Shown in pieces: positions 1 through 10,132 of a stretch of DNA of 64,000 bases. The notes beneath the pieces are model-generated. The model ran no database searches. It saw nothing but the letters and a program-made list of their open reading frames with translations, and was not told the DNA's origin. Within the stretch, counting starts at the first letter, position 1. Each line of letters begins with the position of its first letter. The stretch spans positions 191-64,190 of the forward strand of contig DAOULP010000083.1 in assembly GCA_034420175.1 (NCBI GenBank), read 5' to 3'. The stretch comes from Dehalococcoidia bacterium (GTDB lineage Bacteria; Chloroflexota; Dehalococcoidia; DSTF01; JALHUB01). A program made the position numbers and the translations under genes.

Positions 1-1270
1 CGCGACCCATAGCCACGCCGGCGCTGCCAGGACCGCCATGATCGGCGTCACTGGAAGGTGGTATCGAGGCTCGACGAAGAAGACCACGTGCACGGCCGTC
101 CAGGCAGCCAGAGCGGCGGCCAGAGGCCAGCGTCGGCCGTCAGTCGCACCGACCGGCAGCAGAAGGCCCGCCACGGCGGCCGCCAGAACGAAGTAGTAGA
201 AACCATCCGTCCAGCCGCGCAGGACTCCACGCTCTCCCTCGGATAGGAAGGTGGTCTGGCCCCAGGTCTCCGTCAGAGTGACGGCGTGGGCATCGTTGAT
301 GTAGAGGTGGTAGGCCTTGCGGGGCAGGAGGGACAGAGCATCCAGGGGGTGTTGCCGGATGAACTCGCGGCCCAACTCGAAGCCGCGGTAGTAGTCGTGT
401 CGCTCCTGCTCCGTCAGGTCGTCTGAGATGGTGGGAAACACCTCCGCCGGTGGCCAGCCCCATGTCCCCGTGGCCCCCTCATGATTGCCGATCCAGAAGT
501 TGAGCCCGGTGTTGGTTGAAATGGTGGGAACGCCTACCTTGACGGCGTTTCGCACCACCCAGGGCGTCAGCAAAAGGACCGCGGCCATCGCCGCCACGAG
601 AGTGGCGAGGGCCAGCGGTCGCCAGGGCGTCCCCCGGGCCCTCAGGGCGAAGGGAGTCGCGACCAGCAGCGAGAGACCCACCGGCCGGATGAGGGCCGCG
701 ATGCCGATTGCGAGGCCGACGGCCACCCAGTACGGGGCCCAACGGCGGTCCTCAGGGGAGGGCGCGGCAAGCAGGAGGCCGAGGCCCAAGAGGTAGACGG
801 CAGTGAACACCACTTCCGAGTGCAGTTGGGAGGCGTAGAGGATCTGGCTGGGGAAGACCGCGACAGCGAGAGCCGCCAGCAGCCCGGCGACCCGCCCGAA
901 GGCCCGGCTCCCTATCCAGTAGACGAGCCCCGCGGTGAGGGCGCCGAGCACCACGTTCAGCACCTCGCCGGCGACAGGCCTGTGGCCGACCAGCCAGTAG
1001 ACGATTCCCAGGACAGCCGGGTACCCGGGCGGGTAGTAGGCAGTGGCCCCGCCCTCTTCGTTGACATAACCCCGGCCCTCGGCCAGAGAGGCCGCCAGGC
1101 GGTCGTAGTGCCAGGGGTCGAAGAACCAGACGGGCTCTGTCTCAGCGTAGATGATCCAGGCCAGCCGGAGGACGGCTGCCAGGGCAACGATGGCCAGCAC
1201 AGCGAGGACGGTGCCCGAGCGGAGCCGTCGTGGCCACCACTGAGCCAGCTTGAGCCCAGAGACGCCCATC
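1..1270 (-). CDS. Membrane glycosyltransferase, GT39/ArnT/PMT-like (dolichyl-phosphate-mannose protein mannosyltransferase-like). C-terminus runs off the window start.
   Basis: Minus-strand ATG at 1270 (cat at 1268-1270). Open frame continues to position 1 with no stop. Many TM helices and GT-C-type motifs (AWIIYAE..FFDPWHYDRLAASLAEGRGY..YYPPGYP). Absent from the ORF track only because it is edge-truncated. Start ATG overlaps the stop of the next gene (ATGA). Confidence 0.7.
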
Positions 1271-1997
1271 AGCCCTTCAGCGTTGTACGCAGGCGATCGG
1301 GGTAGTCCGTTGTGATGGCATCAACGCCGTAGTCGCACAGGCGGCGCATGTCCTCCACCTCGTTGACCGTCCACGTGTAGAAGGTGAGCTTGCGCAGGTG
1401 AGCCTGGCGCACCACGTCCGCGTCCACTCGAGGATAGAAGACGGATACCCCCTGGGCGTTGAGCGACAGCGCAGAGGCGAAGAGAGAGGCCCAGTCCGTC
1501 AGGTCGACGGTGTTGGTGAGGAGGGCAGCCGGCATGGAAGGCTCCGATGCCCGGTAGCGGGCCACCACCTGTGGCAGGAAGGAATGAACGACGCAGTCGT
1601 TCACCGCGCCCAGGTCGCGGACGACGCGCAGCACCTGCTCCTCTATGTCAAGTTGCTTGATCTCCAGGACCATCAGTGCGCGGCCGCGGGTCAGTTCCAG
1701 CGCCTCCGCCAAGGTGGGAATCGGCTCTCCGGCGAACCGCCCTTCGAACTGGCGGGCGCCCGCGTCCAGCTTCCTGACCTGCGCCAGGGACATCTTGGTG
1801 ACATCGCCCTGGCCGTCGGTCGTGCGGTCCGCCGTAGGGTCGTGGATGAGGATGGGCACGCCGTCGGCTGTGGCGTGCACGTCCACCTCCATGCCGTCGA
1901 CACCTAGCTCGAGCGCGGCGCGAACGCCGGCAAGAGTGTTCTCCGGGGCGTGTCCTTTGCAGGCGGCGTGGGCGATGACGAATGGCTGTGGAGGCAT
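1269..1997 (-). CDS. Glycerophosphodiester phosphodiesterase (GDPD family, UgpQ-like)
   Basis: Translation has FVIAHAACKGHAPENTLAGVRAALELGVDGMEVDVHATADGVPILIHD, the hallmark GDPD HR..ENT / E.D.H motifs. Start taken at MPPQPF (ATG at 1997) with AGGACA RBS. The ORF extends upstream to 2054. Confidence 0.85.
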   Translation of the reverse strand: MPPQPFVIAHAACKGHAPENTLAGVRAALELGVDGMEVDVHATADGVPILIHDPTADRTTDGQGDVTKMSLAQVRKLDAGARQFEGRFAGEPIPTLAEALELTRGRALMVLEIKQLDIEEQVLRVVRDLGAVNDCVVHSFLPQVVARYRASEPSMPAALLTNTVDLTDWASLFASALSLNAQGVSVFYPRVDADVVRQAHLRKLTFYTWTVNEVEDMRRLCDYGVDAITTDYPDRLRTTLKG

Positions 1998-2147
1998 GAT
2001 TAGTGTCCTGCCTTTCGGGTCGGGCTTCGAGCCGCGGTTGGCCGGCAGGCCCATTCTAGGTTAGGGCCAGGCGGCGGACAAGGCAGCCCCTTGAGCCCCT
2101 GCCTGTTTCGTCCGAACGGCTCTTGTCCCACTGGCCGCTGGTCTCAA

Positions 2148-4973
2148 ATGATGGCTGCAACCCTTCGTCGAGGGAAAGCGGCGCGAGGAGGTGAGCGGTT
2201 GGCGAAGAAGACGAGACCGGGCCCGGGCCGCGCCTGGGAAGAGAAGTACCGCGACGTCTGGCGGTGGGACAAGACCGCCTGGGGGACTCACTGCGTGGAC
2301 TGCTACCCCACGAACTGCCCCTACCGGGTGTATGTCCGGGATGGGGTTGTCGTCCGCGAGGAGCAGGGCGCCACCTTCGAGACGGTGGAGGAGGGCGTCC
2401 CCGACATGAACCCCGCTGGCTGCCAGAAAGGCTCCTCCTGGAGCCAGATGCTCTACGGACAGGAGCGCGTCCTCTATCCGCTCCGTCGCGCGGGAGAACG
2501 AGGCGAGGGGAAATGGACCCGCATCTCCTGGGACGACGCGCTGACCGAGATCGCTGATGCCCTCTTGGACGCCATCCAGGAGTCGGGCCCCGAGTCCATC
2601 GTGCGCATCGGCACGCCTGGCGAGGGCGGCACGCAGACCATGGTGCTCGCCGGGGCGGTTCTCGCCCGCCTGGGGGCCACATCGACCGACGTACAGGCGG
2701 AGATCAACGACTTCAATCCGGGCGTCTATGTCACATTCGGCCGGTTTGACCCCGTGCCCAGCAGCGACGACTGGTTCCACTCGGAGCTGCTGCTCATCTG
2801 GGCCAACAACCCCGCCTACGGCTCCATCCCCTGGTACCACTACATCGTTGAGGCCCGCTACCACGGTAGCGAGGTCGTCACCATCGCGCCCGACTACAGC
2901 CCCTCGGCTATCCACGGCGACTCCTTTGTACCAGTGCGCATCGGCTCCGACGCCGCCCTGGCCCTGGCCATGTGCCGCGTCATCATCGACGAGGGCCTAA
3001 TGGACGAGCCCTTCGTCCGCGAGCAGACGGACCTTGGGCTGCTGGTACGAACCGACAACGGCCGCTTCCTCCGTCAGAGCGAGCTCCAGGAGGGCGGCTC
3101 GGACAGCATCTTCCACCTCTTCGATACCCGCGCCGGGCAGATCGCGGAGGCGCCGCGCACGCTTGACCTTGGCGCTCTGGAGCCCGCGCTCGAGGGGAGC
3201 TATGCTGCCACCCTGGCCGATGGCTCATCCGTCGAGGTGGTGCCGGCCTTCGTCCTCCTGCGGCGCCGTCTGGAAGACTATGCCCCGGAGGACGTGTCCG
3301 CTACCTGCGGCGTCCACCCGGAGACGATCCGCGACCTCGCCCGCAAGGTAGCGGGGAGCTGCACCCGCATTCTGCTGGGATGGACTCTGGGTAAGTCCTA
3401 CCATGGCGACCTCATGGAACGGGCCGTGTGCCTGGTGCTGGCTCTCACCGGCAACTGGGGCAAGAAGGGCGCCGGAACCCGTAGCTGGGGCGTCGGCATG
3501 TTCGACGGCATGTTCTTGTGGGGCAGCAAGTCCGGTCCGGGACAGGATGCCACGCGCGAGCTGGTCAAGGGCCAGCAGGCGATGTTGGATGCCGCTCTCT
3601 CGCAAGACCCCAGCCTCACCGAAGAGATCTTGATGACCGAGATGGGCTACGCGGGGTCCCGGATGGGCGGTACCGTGCCCCCCGTCTTCCTCTGGTACCA
3701 CCACTGCGGCTACCGGGAGGCGTGGAACCGTGCTGAGTGGCAAGACCCCTCTATGCGCCGCTCGTTCGACGAGTACTTGCGCGAGGCCATGGAGAAAGGC
3801 TGGTGGGAGGGCAGCGTGCAGCCGCCTCCCGACAAGCCGCCTCGCGTCATCTTCGAGATCGGCGGCAATCTGCTCCGACGCCAGCGCGGTGGCCAGCGGA
3901 TGCTGCTGCGCCACCTCTGGCCCAAGGTTCAGCTCATCGTCTCGGTGGACTGGCGCATGACCACCACCGGCCTCTACTCGGACATCATTCTGCCTGCCGC
4001 CCAGCACTATGAAAAGCCGAACTTCCCGTATACGACGCCCGACGTCATGAACCTCACCCTCTCCGATCGTGCCGTCCCGCCGCCGGGCGACGCCCGCTCC
4101 GAGTGGCAGATCACCCTGATGCTGGCGAAGAAGGTGTCCGAACGGGCAAAGGCGCGCGAGTTCGTTGAGATGCCGAGCCGCATGGGTGTGCCCGTCCGTC
4201 TCGACACGCTTTACGACGACCTCACGTATGGCGGTGCCCTTGCGGAGGACGATGCCGTTATCGACGAGATGGTGCGTGACTCGGTCGTGACGGGCAATCT
4301 GCCCCCCGGGACGACCCTGGAAACGCTGCGAGAGAAGGGCTGGGTGCGCTTCACGGGCTGGGGCCGCTCTCCGATGGCTCTGGCGCAGGCCTCAGACCTG
4401 CTCCCGAACGAGACCCATTCCCCCTTCAGATGGCAGACCGAGAAGAAGGAGCCCTTCCCGACTCTCACTCGCCGCGCCCAGTTCTACATCGACCACGAGT
4501 GGTTCCTGGAGGCCGGCGAGGAGTTGCCGGTGCACAAGGAGACACCGGCGCACGGCGGCAACTACCCGTTCCAGATCACGGGCGGCCACCCCCGCTGGAG
4601 CGTCAACGCCATGAACATGACGAACTGGGTCATCCTGGGAACGCAGCGCGGTCGGCCCACCGTCTACATTAACGATGGCGACGCCCGCGCTCGCGGCATC
4701 GAGGATGGGAGCGACGTGCGTGTCTTCAACGATGTGTCGTCGGTGCAGGTTCAGGCCAGGGTGGCGCCGGCAGTGCGGCCGGGGCAACTGGTCATGTACA
4801 ACGGATTCGAGCCCTACCAGTTCGACGGTTGGCAGGACTTCTCCAACGTGGAGCCGGGCATGGTGAAGTGGCTCCACCTGGCGGGCGGCTACGGCCACCT
4901 GCGCTACCGGGCCCTGCATTGGCAGCCCATACCCATCGACCGGGCGGTGCGGGTCGATGTCGCGCCGGCGTAG
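2148..4973 (+). CDS. Molybdopterin (bis-MGD) oxidoreductase catalytic subunit of the DMSO-reductase superfamily, NarG-like N-terminus. Orphan: no FeS/beta, gamma or chaperone subunit genes adjacent.
   Basis: About 940 aa. N-terminal YRDVWRWDKTAWGTHCVDCYPTNCPYRVYVRDGVVVREEQ resembles the NarG-type His/Cys3 FS0 cluster segment. No Tat signal. Molybdopterin-oxidoreductase-like regions throughout. Start chosen at the ATGATG at 2148; the ORF opens at 2091. Confidence 0.7.
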   Translation: MMAATLRRGKAARGGERLAKKTRPGPGRAWEEKYRDVWRWDKTAWGTHCVDCYPTNCPYRVYVRDGVVVREEQGATFETVEEGVPDMNPAGCQKGSSWSQMLYGQERVLYPLRRAGERGEGKWTRISWDDALTEIADALLDAIQESGPESIVRIGTPGEGGTQTMVLAGAVLARLGATSTDVQAEINDFNPGVYVTFGRFDPVPSSDDWFHSELLLIWANNPAYGSIPWYHYIVEARYHGSEVVTIAPDYSPSAIHGDSFVPVRIGSDAALALAMCRVIIDEGLMDEPFVREQTDLGLLVRTDNGRFLRQSELQEGGSDSIFHLFDTRAGQIAEAPRTLDLGALEPALEGSYAATLADGSSVEVVPAFVLLRRRLEDYAPEDVSATCGVHPETIRDLARKVAGSCTRILLGWTLGKSYHGDLMERAVCLVLALTGNWGKKGAGTRSWGVGMFDGMFLWGSKSGPGQDATRELVKGQQAMLDAALSQDPSLTEEILMTEMGYAGSRMGGTVPPVFLWYHHCGYREAWNRAEWQDPSMRRSFDEYLREAMEKGWWEGSVQPPPDKPPRVIFEIGGNLLRRQRGGQRMLLRHLWPKVQLIVSVDWRMTTTGLYSDIILPAAQHYEKPNFPYTTPDVMNLTLSDRAVPPPGDARSEWQITLMLAKKVSERAKAREFVEMPSRMGVPVRLDTLYDDLTYGGALAEDDAVIDEMVRDSVVTGNLPPGTTLETLREKGWVRFTGWGRSPMALAQASDLLPNETHSPFRWQTEKKEPFPTLTRRAQFYIDHEWFLEAGEELPVHKETPAHGGNYPFQITGGHPRWSVNAMNMTNWVILGTQRGRPTVYINDGDARARGIEDGSDVRVFNDVSSVQVQARVAPAVRPGQLVMYNGFEPYQFDGWQDFSNVEPGMVKWLHLAGGYGHLRYRALHWQPIPIDRAVRVDVAPA

Positions 4974-5372
4974 AGACGGACAAGGCCGGAGCGCAGTACT
5001 CCCGCAAGTAGGCCCAAGACGCGACCATTGACATGGTCAGCGCTGGCGTGCCTTCCACGGCGCTCGGGGGTGTGTGGGCATCGACGGGCCGCCCGGGCGT
5101 CACTGCCGCTCCCGCGAGCACGCCGCTGACGACCTTCGTCCGCTACCCCTGGCACCCGTCCCGGCAGTGCGGGCACGGCGAAAAGCCTGGTTGACACAGA
5201 CCTTTCGCATCGCTCAGTGTGACGGGTGGACCCTTCCTTCAGGGGGCTCCGCCTGCGCTCCGCCGCGGCGGCCGTGGCCAGCGTAGGCGGGCCAGTGTGG
5301 GGTGTGCGCCGGGGTGGCAGGCAAGGCGGGGATCATGGGCTGGCAGGTCAGCGGATGCTTCTGAGACGACGC

Positions 5373-6518
5373 ATGAGCAGGCGCCGTTTCCTGGGCGTTG
5401 GGGCGGCTCTGGCGGCCGTTGCGAGCCTGGGATTGACCTGCGAGCCTCCCGCTCCTTCGCCCTTCGTCTCGGCTCGTGGGCGCACGCTCGGGCAGCGGCA
5501 CCTGAGCTGGGTGTGGCAGTTCTCCCAAGATGGCCCGCCGGAGCAGCTTGTCTCCACTCTGGCTCAGCACGGCCTCGGTCTCCTCCTCAAGACGCACGAC
5601 GGCACCGACTGGATGTCGCGGTATGACACGTCATTCTACGCCGTCTCGGGCCCCGACCAGGTGGCGGTCCTGGCCCGCTACTACGAGACCTACGGCGTGC
5701 CGTTCCACGCCTGGTGCGTGCTCAAGGGAGCTGAGCCGCTGCGAGAGGCCGAGATGTGCGCGCAGGTGGTCGGCGCCGGAGCGCGCAGCCTGACCGCGGA
5801 CGTCGAGCCGCATAACGGCTTCTGGCAGGGCACCGCGCAGGACGCCGCCGCTTTCGGGAGCGAGTTCAGGCGACTGCAGCCCAATGCCACGTTGTTTGTC
5901 TCGGTGGATCCACGGCCCTGGGTGCTGGCCAAGATTCCCCTGGCGGAGTTCGCCTCCGCTGCCCAGGGATTCGTGCCCCAGATCTACTGGGAGACGTTCG
6001 ACACCTCAGAGAACCGCCAGCGGTTCGAGTCCAGCGGGTTCCCGCCCGGCGCCAATGGCATCACCCCCGAGTTCTTGCTGGACGTCAGCGGCGATCTGCT
6101 TGGCAAGTACGGCGTGCCTATTCTACCTGCGGGCCAGGGTGCCTCGGAGGACAGCGACGCCTGGAGGCGATTCGTGGACCACGCCTTTTCGCTGGGAATG
6201 GGCGGGTTGTCAGCGTGGAGGTACGGCGTGACGGGCGGCGACGTGTGGCGTTTGCTGCGAGACGTAGGGCCGCCTCGTCCCAGCAGAGGGGGCAGCGCCG
6301 TAGTCGCCGATACCGGATCGTGCCTAAACGTCAGGGGGGCGCAGACCCTGGGCGCGCCTGTCTTGACCTGCCTGCCCGACGGGACCGGTGTGGCCGTGCG
6401 CGACGGGCCGGCGGAGGCGGATGGGTATCGGTGGTGGCTTGTCGAGGGCGGTGGGACCCGAGGCTGGTCGGCGGAAGGCGAGCCCGGCGGCGTTCGCTGG
6501 CTGGTGCCGCTGCCGTAG
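5373..6518 (+). CDS. Tat-secreted TIM-barrel glycoside-hydrolase-like protein with C-terminal bacterial SH3 (SH3b) domain
   Basis: Twin-arginine signal MSRRRFLGVGAALAAVASLG. Central domain resembles GH-like/DUF4015-type TIM barrels (assignment tentative). C-terminal GSCLNVRGAQTLGAPVLTCLPDGTGVAVRDG..GYRWWLV is SH3b-like. Confidence 0.5.
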   Translation: MSRRRFLGVGAALAAVASLGLTCEPPAPSPFVSARGRTLGQRHLSWVWQFSQDGPPEQLVSTLAQHGLGLLLKTHDGTDWMSRYDTSFYAVSGPDQVAVLARYYETYGVPFHAWCVLKGAEPLREAEMCAQVVGAGARSLTADVEPHNGFWQGTAQDAAAFGSEFRRLQPNATLFVSVDPRPWVLAKIPLAEFASAAQGFVPQIYWETFDTSENRQRFESSGFPPGANGITPEFLLDVSGDLLGKYGVPILPAGQGASEDSDAWRRFVDHAFSLGMGGLSAWRYGVTGGDVWRLLRDVGPPRPSRGGSAVVADTGSCLNVRGAQTLGAPVLTCLPDGTGVAVRDGPAEADGYRWWLVEGGGTRGWSAEGEPGGVRWLVPLP

Positions 6519-6540
6519 ACAAGCCTGGCCGCGGCAGGGG

Positions 6541-7671
6541 CTAGGCGGCGGCCAGGACGGCTAGTATCTGATCCGCGTACTCTTGGCTCGGCTCGTCGTC
6601 CGTGAGGATGTCGATGTCCTGGGGCGAGGCTACTCCCAGGCCTAGCTCCACAGCCCGCGCGATCTGCGCCTGCCCGAAGACGGGTCCGTCGCTCACCTCG
6701 GGCGTGGTCCCCCAGTGGCGGAGCAGCGCTACCCCGACGGCGTCCAGCGCGATCCTGTCGGTAGCGGCCAGCACGACCTCCGCCGGCACTCTCGTGCCCT
6801 TGTCCGGCCCCTCTGTGGTGAAGGCCTCCACGCCGTCCAGAACGATGAACTCCGGGGTGTAGGCCGTATTGATCTCGGCGATCATCTCGCGCTGGCGGGG
6901 CGAGGAGTGCAGCTCGGTCATGTAATTGTGCGCCTGCCCCGGCACCGAACGGGCCACCAGGCCCACGGCATTCTTCAGCGACATCGTGAAGTGGCCGCCG
7001 AATCGGTGCGTCTTCAGGTTACAGGTTTGCACCACGGCATCCACCTGGCTCAGCAGGCGGGGCACGGCGAAGCCATCCGCCCAGTGGCTCTCCAGCGGCC
7101 GGAACAGGTCCCAGCCGTTCTCATCCAGCTCGTCAAAGGGCACCGTATCGAGACCCATCTCCCGCGCCAGCGCGACGACGCCGGTCGCCTCCATCACCGA
7201 CCGAGTCTGGCCCATTCCGCTCCGGTCGCCAACCGTCACGTGCGACGCCCCCTCGTTGAGCAGCCATTCCGCCAGGGCGCGCAACGTGTCGGGATGCGTC
7301 GAACCCGGCGACGGGTCGGCGCTGTTGAGGTTTGGCTTCAGGAGCACGCTCTTGCCGCGCATCCCGTCCGGTGACAGCAGGCGCAGCGCCCGCCGGACTC
7401 CTTCGGGGCGATCACTCGTCTTGACGAAGGCAACCCGCGACATCTCTCTCCCCCCTTCGGCGGCAGTGGGTGCGGTGGTGGGCGCTGGGGTGGGAGTGGC
7501 GGTCGGCGACGTTGTCCCGCCTCCACAGGCGGTAACGACAGGCGCCGTCGCAGCGAAGATGCCCAGGCCCGCCATGCCCCGCAGCACGTCGCGCCTGCCG
7601 ACTTTGCGCCTCGATCCGTGCGAGCCAGCCGTGCGGTCACCCGCCGCTGACGAGCTTGAGAACCGAGTCAT
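6541..7671 (-). CDS. DUF362 domain protein with Tat-type lipoprotein signal
   Basis: N-terminus RRDVLRGMAGLGIFAATAPVVTACGG (Tat motif plus lipobox Cys), then a Thr/Pro-rich linker. Rest matches DUF362 (VLLKPNLNSADP...CNLKTHRFGGHFTMSLKN). Start at MTRF (ATG 7671), 4 bp after the MFS gene stop. The ORF itself extends to 7878. Confidence 0.65.
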   Translation of the reverse strand: MTRFSSSSAAGDRTAGSHGSRRKVGRRDVLRGMAGLGIFAATAPVVTACGGGTTSPTATPTPAPTTAPTAAEGGREMSRVAFVKTSDRPEGVRRALRLLSPDGMRGKSVLLKPNLNSADPSPGSTHPDTLRALAEWLLNEGASHVTVGDRSGMGQTRSVMEATGVVALAREMGLDTVPFDELDENGWDLFRPLESHWADGFAVPRLLSQVDAVVQTCNLKTHRFGGHFTMSLKNAVGLVARSVPGQAHNYMTELHSSPRQREMIAEINTAYTPEFIVLDGVEAFTTEGPDKGTRVPAEVVLAATDRIALDAVGVALLRHWGTTPEVSDGPVFGQAQIARAVELGLGVASPQDIDILTDDEPSQEYADQILAVLAAA

Positions 7672-7675
7672 GCCG

Positions 7676-9151
7676 CTATTCGGCCCCTGCGGACGCCGAC
7701 TCTTCCATCGCCGGCTTGCCTGCCGCCACGGGCCTGCCTGGCGCCCGCCCTTCGTCCCATTCGGCGGCCCGCCGGGCCGTCTCTCGTTCTCGCCCCTCCT
7801 CGAGCGAACGGTCGAGGACGCGGAACGCCGGCATGAGCGCGAATATGAGCACTGTGGAAACAAGGAACAGCATGGCACCCACCGTCACGACAGGCGGCGC
7901 CCCAACGGACTCGGCGGCCACGCCCGCCGGCACGGCACCGAGCGGCATGAGGCCAAACGTCATCATCATGACGCTCATCACGCGGCCTCGCACCTCGTCC
8001 GGAATGACAAGCTGAATGGCCGTGTTGTTGACGGTCATGACGACCATGGAGCTGAAGCCCACGACGGCCAGGAACGGCAGCGCGAGCAGGAACCATGGGG
8101 ACAGGGCGAAGAGCGCCAGGAAGCCGCCGAAACCCAGCGCGCCGCCCAGCAGCAGCCTGCCCTTCCTGGGATAGGCATCCAGGTTCGCGATGATGAGGGC
8201 GCCGATGAGCCCACCGGCGCCGGCGGCGGCCTGCAACGTGCCGAATCCTTCCGAGCCGACGTGCCAGACCCTGTCCGCAAAGACGGGCATCAGCGTCTGG
8301 TAAGGCATGGCGAACATCACGGGCACGGTGGCGAAGAGGAGCAGGCCGAGCAATAGCGACGAGTTCTTGATGTACCGAACGCCGCCCACGAAATCCTCGA
8401 GGAACGTGAACTCTCGCTCTCGGACAGGAGGCATGGGGGGCAGCGCATACGTGGCGACGACGGCGAAGGTGTAGAAGGCTGTGCAAACGATGTAGGTGCC
8501 GCCGATGCCGATAGGATGCACCAGGATACCGGCCATGGGTGGCGCTATGACGCGGCTGGCATTCATGGCGGCGGTGCTGAGCGAGATGGCGTTCATCAGT
8601 TTGTCGCGCGGGACGAGCATGGCCACCAGCGCCTGTCGGCCCGGCATGTTGAAGGAGAAGGCCGCTCCTGAGAATGTGGACATGGCCGCCAGGTGCCAGA
8701 ACTGGATCGCGTCTGTGATGATCAGGACAGCGATGACGCTGTTGGACAAGACAAGTGCGAACTGGGTGATGAGCAGTAGCCGTCGCTTGTCGACCCGGTC
8801 CGCCACCACGCCACCAACCGGTGAAAGAAACAGCATGGGAACTGCGACGAAGGCCATGAGGTATCCCAGCAGGGCGGCGTTGTCCCATTTGTCCTGGACC
8901 AGCCACCCCCTGATGATGATCATCATGTTCATCCCGAAGAAGAAGCCGATGTTGCCCGCGAATAGGAAGGAGAAGTCCCGGTTCCCGGAGAGGGAAGAGA
9001 ACGTCTGTCGCCAACCCGTCAGGGGTATCGCGCCGCTCTGGAGAGCGCGACGGGCCTCCGGGTCCATACGCGGCGGTGGCTGCCCCGGACGGCCAGTCCC
9101 CATCCGGTCTGGCCGGCTGCGGGGCTCTCCATCGCGCTTGTCTTCGGCCAT
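7676..9151 (-). CDS. MFS transporter (EntS/MFS_1-like)
   Basis: About 12 predicted TM helices. MFS signature region GGVVADRVDKRRLLL. Glycine-rich membrane protein. Confidence 0.8.
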   Translation of the reverse strand: MAEDKRDGEPRSRPDRMGTGRPGQPPPRMDPEARRALQSGAIPLTGWRQTFSSLSGNRDFSFLFAGNIGFFFGMNMMIIIRGWLVQDKWDNAALLGYLMAFVAVPMLFLSPVGGVVADRVDKRRLLLITQFALVLSNSVIAVLIITDAIQFWHLAAMSTFSGAAFSFNMPGRQALVAMLVPRDKLMNAISLSTAAMNASRVIAPPMAGILVHPIGIGGTYIVCTAFYTFAVVATYALPPMPPVREREFTFLEDFVGGVRYIKNSSLLLGLLLFATVPVMFAMPYQTLMPVFADRVWHVGSEGFGTLQAAAGAGGLIGALIIANLDAYPRKGRLLLGGALGFGGFLALFALSPWFLLALPFLAVVGFSSMVVMTVNNTAIQLVIPDEVRGRVMSVMMMTFGLMPLGAVPAGVAAESVGAPPVVTVGAMLFLVSTVLIFALMPAFRVLDRSLEEGRERETARRAAEWDEGRAPGRPVAAGKPAMEESASAGAE

Positions 9152-9415
9152 TTCAGTCTGTCCTCGATTGATGTCTCAGCGGGCAGTGGCGGGCCCGCGA
9201 CAGCCCGACGGTGCCGGACGGGGCGGGCAGCATGGCTCGCTGGCACCCGCCAGGTGTGGGATCCATTCGGATGGTGGGCTTGCCTCTTGCCGGGTTCAGA
9301 AGCAGGGGCTCATGCTGGGCTGCCATTGTATCATGCTAGGCGATATCTAACGTCCACGTCAAGGTGAGGTTTGGCGCGCGAAGGGCGCCGGACGAGGGCC
9401 GCCGGCTGGCGCCAT

Positions 9416-10132
9416 CTACTGGCTCCCGCTGGGGTCCAGTAGCCCCGGGATGGGCAACTGGCCGGGCGAGGGTACCCCCTTCTCGTTGACCTCCACCGCC
9501 TCGCTGAGGATTTGCCAGACGCCCTCGCCCGAGACGTTGTGGCAGCTCATGCAGTTGCCCCGATACGTCCCGACGAAGACATCGCTGAAAAGGTGCGATG
9601 GATGGACGATGTCCCTCAGGGAGAGGGGGACCAGAAGCCCCAGCCCCTCGCGGTCCCCGGTGCCGGCGGCGTGGCAGGTCAGACAGACGGACACATTGGG
9701 CTCATCGGTGAGGCCCATGGGAGTGCCGTCGCGGGCCGCATCCGGGTGGTGCCTCCCCCGCGCCTCGGCCCGCTCGTGGGCCTCGAAGCCCAGCGTGTAC
9801 TTGCCGGTATCAGGCTCCACCAGGTGGTGGCAGGCAGGGCAACCTCGCCTCACCTCGAAAGCAGCGGCGTCCACGCCTGCGTCCTCGTCCGCATCAGCCT
9901 CCGTTTCGTCTCCTTCCTGGTCGTCTTCATCTTGTTGTCTGCCTTCATCCTCATGGTCGTCCTCTTCGCCGTGCTCTGCTGAGTTCGCCGGCGTGGAGAC
10001 GGTGGGGCGGCTCTGGGTCGTAGGTGAGCCGGCAGCCGGCTCCCCCCCATTGCAGGCCGAGGCGCTCAGGCCCGCGAGCATGAGAAGGCAGATGAGTACT
10101 GCCAGACAGCAGTGGGTCCGCATCGATTGCAC
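9416..10132 (-). CDS. Triheme c-type cytochrome lipoprotein with acidic low-complexity linker
   Basis: Signal peptide ending LAGLSASAC (lipobox-like). Three CxxCH motifs: CPACH, CLTCH, CMSCH. A 40-aa Asp/Glu-rich linker (EHGEEDDHEDEGRQQDEDDQEGDETEADADED). Confidence 0.7.
   Translation of the reverse strand: MQSMRTHCCLAVLICLLMLAGLSASACNGGEPAAGSPTTQSRPTVSTPANSAEHGEEDDHEDEGRQQDEDDQEGDETEADADEDAGVDAAAFEVRRGCPACHHLVEPDTGKYTLGFEAHERAEARGRHHPDAARDGTPMGLTDEPNVSVCLTCHAAGTGDREGLGLLVPLSLRDIVHPSHLFSDVFVGTYRGNCMSCHNVSGEGVWQILSEAVEVNEKGVPSPGQLPIPGLLDPSGSQ

Noticed and set aside
2061-4007. Minus-strand ORFs 2061-2915 (284 aa) and 3225-4007 (260 aa) antisense to the molybdoenzyme gene
   Set aside because: Low-complexity G/A/R/P-rich products with no motifs. 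High-GC antisense artefacts.
6926-9014. Plus-strand 476-aa ORF (6926-8356) and minus-strand 448-aa ORF (7668-9014) overlapping the DUF362 and MFS genes
   Set aside because: Alternative-frame readings. The MFS and DUF362 frames give coherent TM and domain architectures. These give Arg/Gly/His-rich nonsense.
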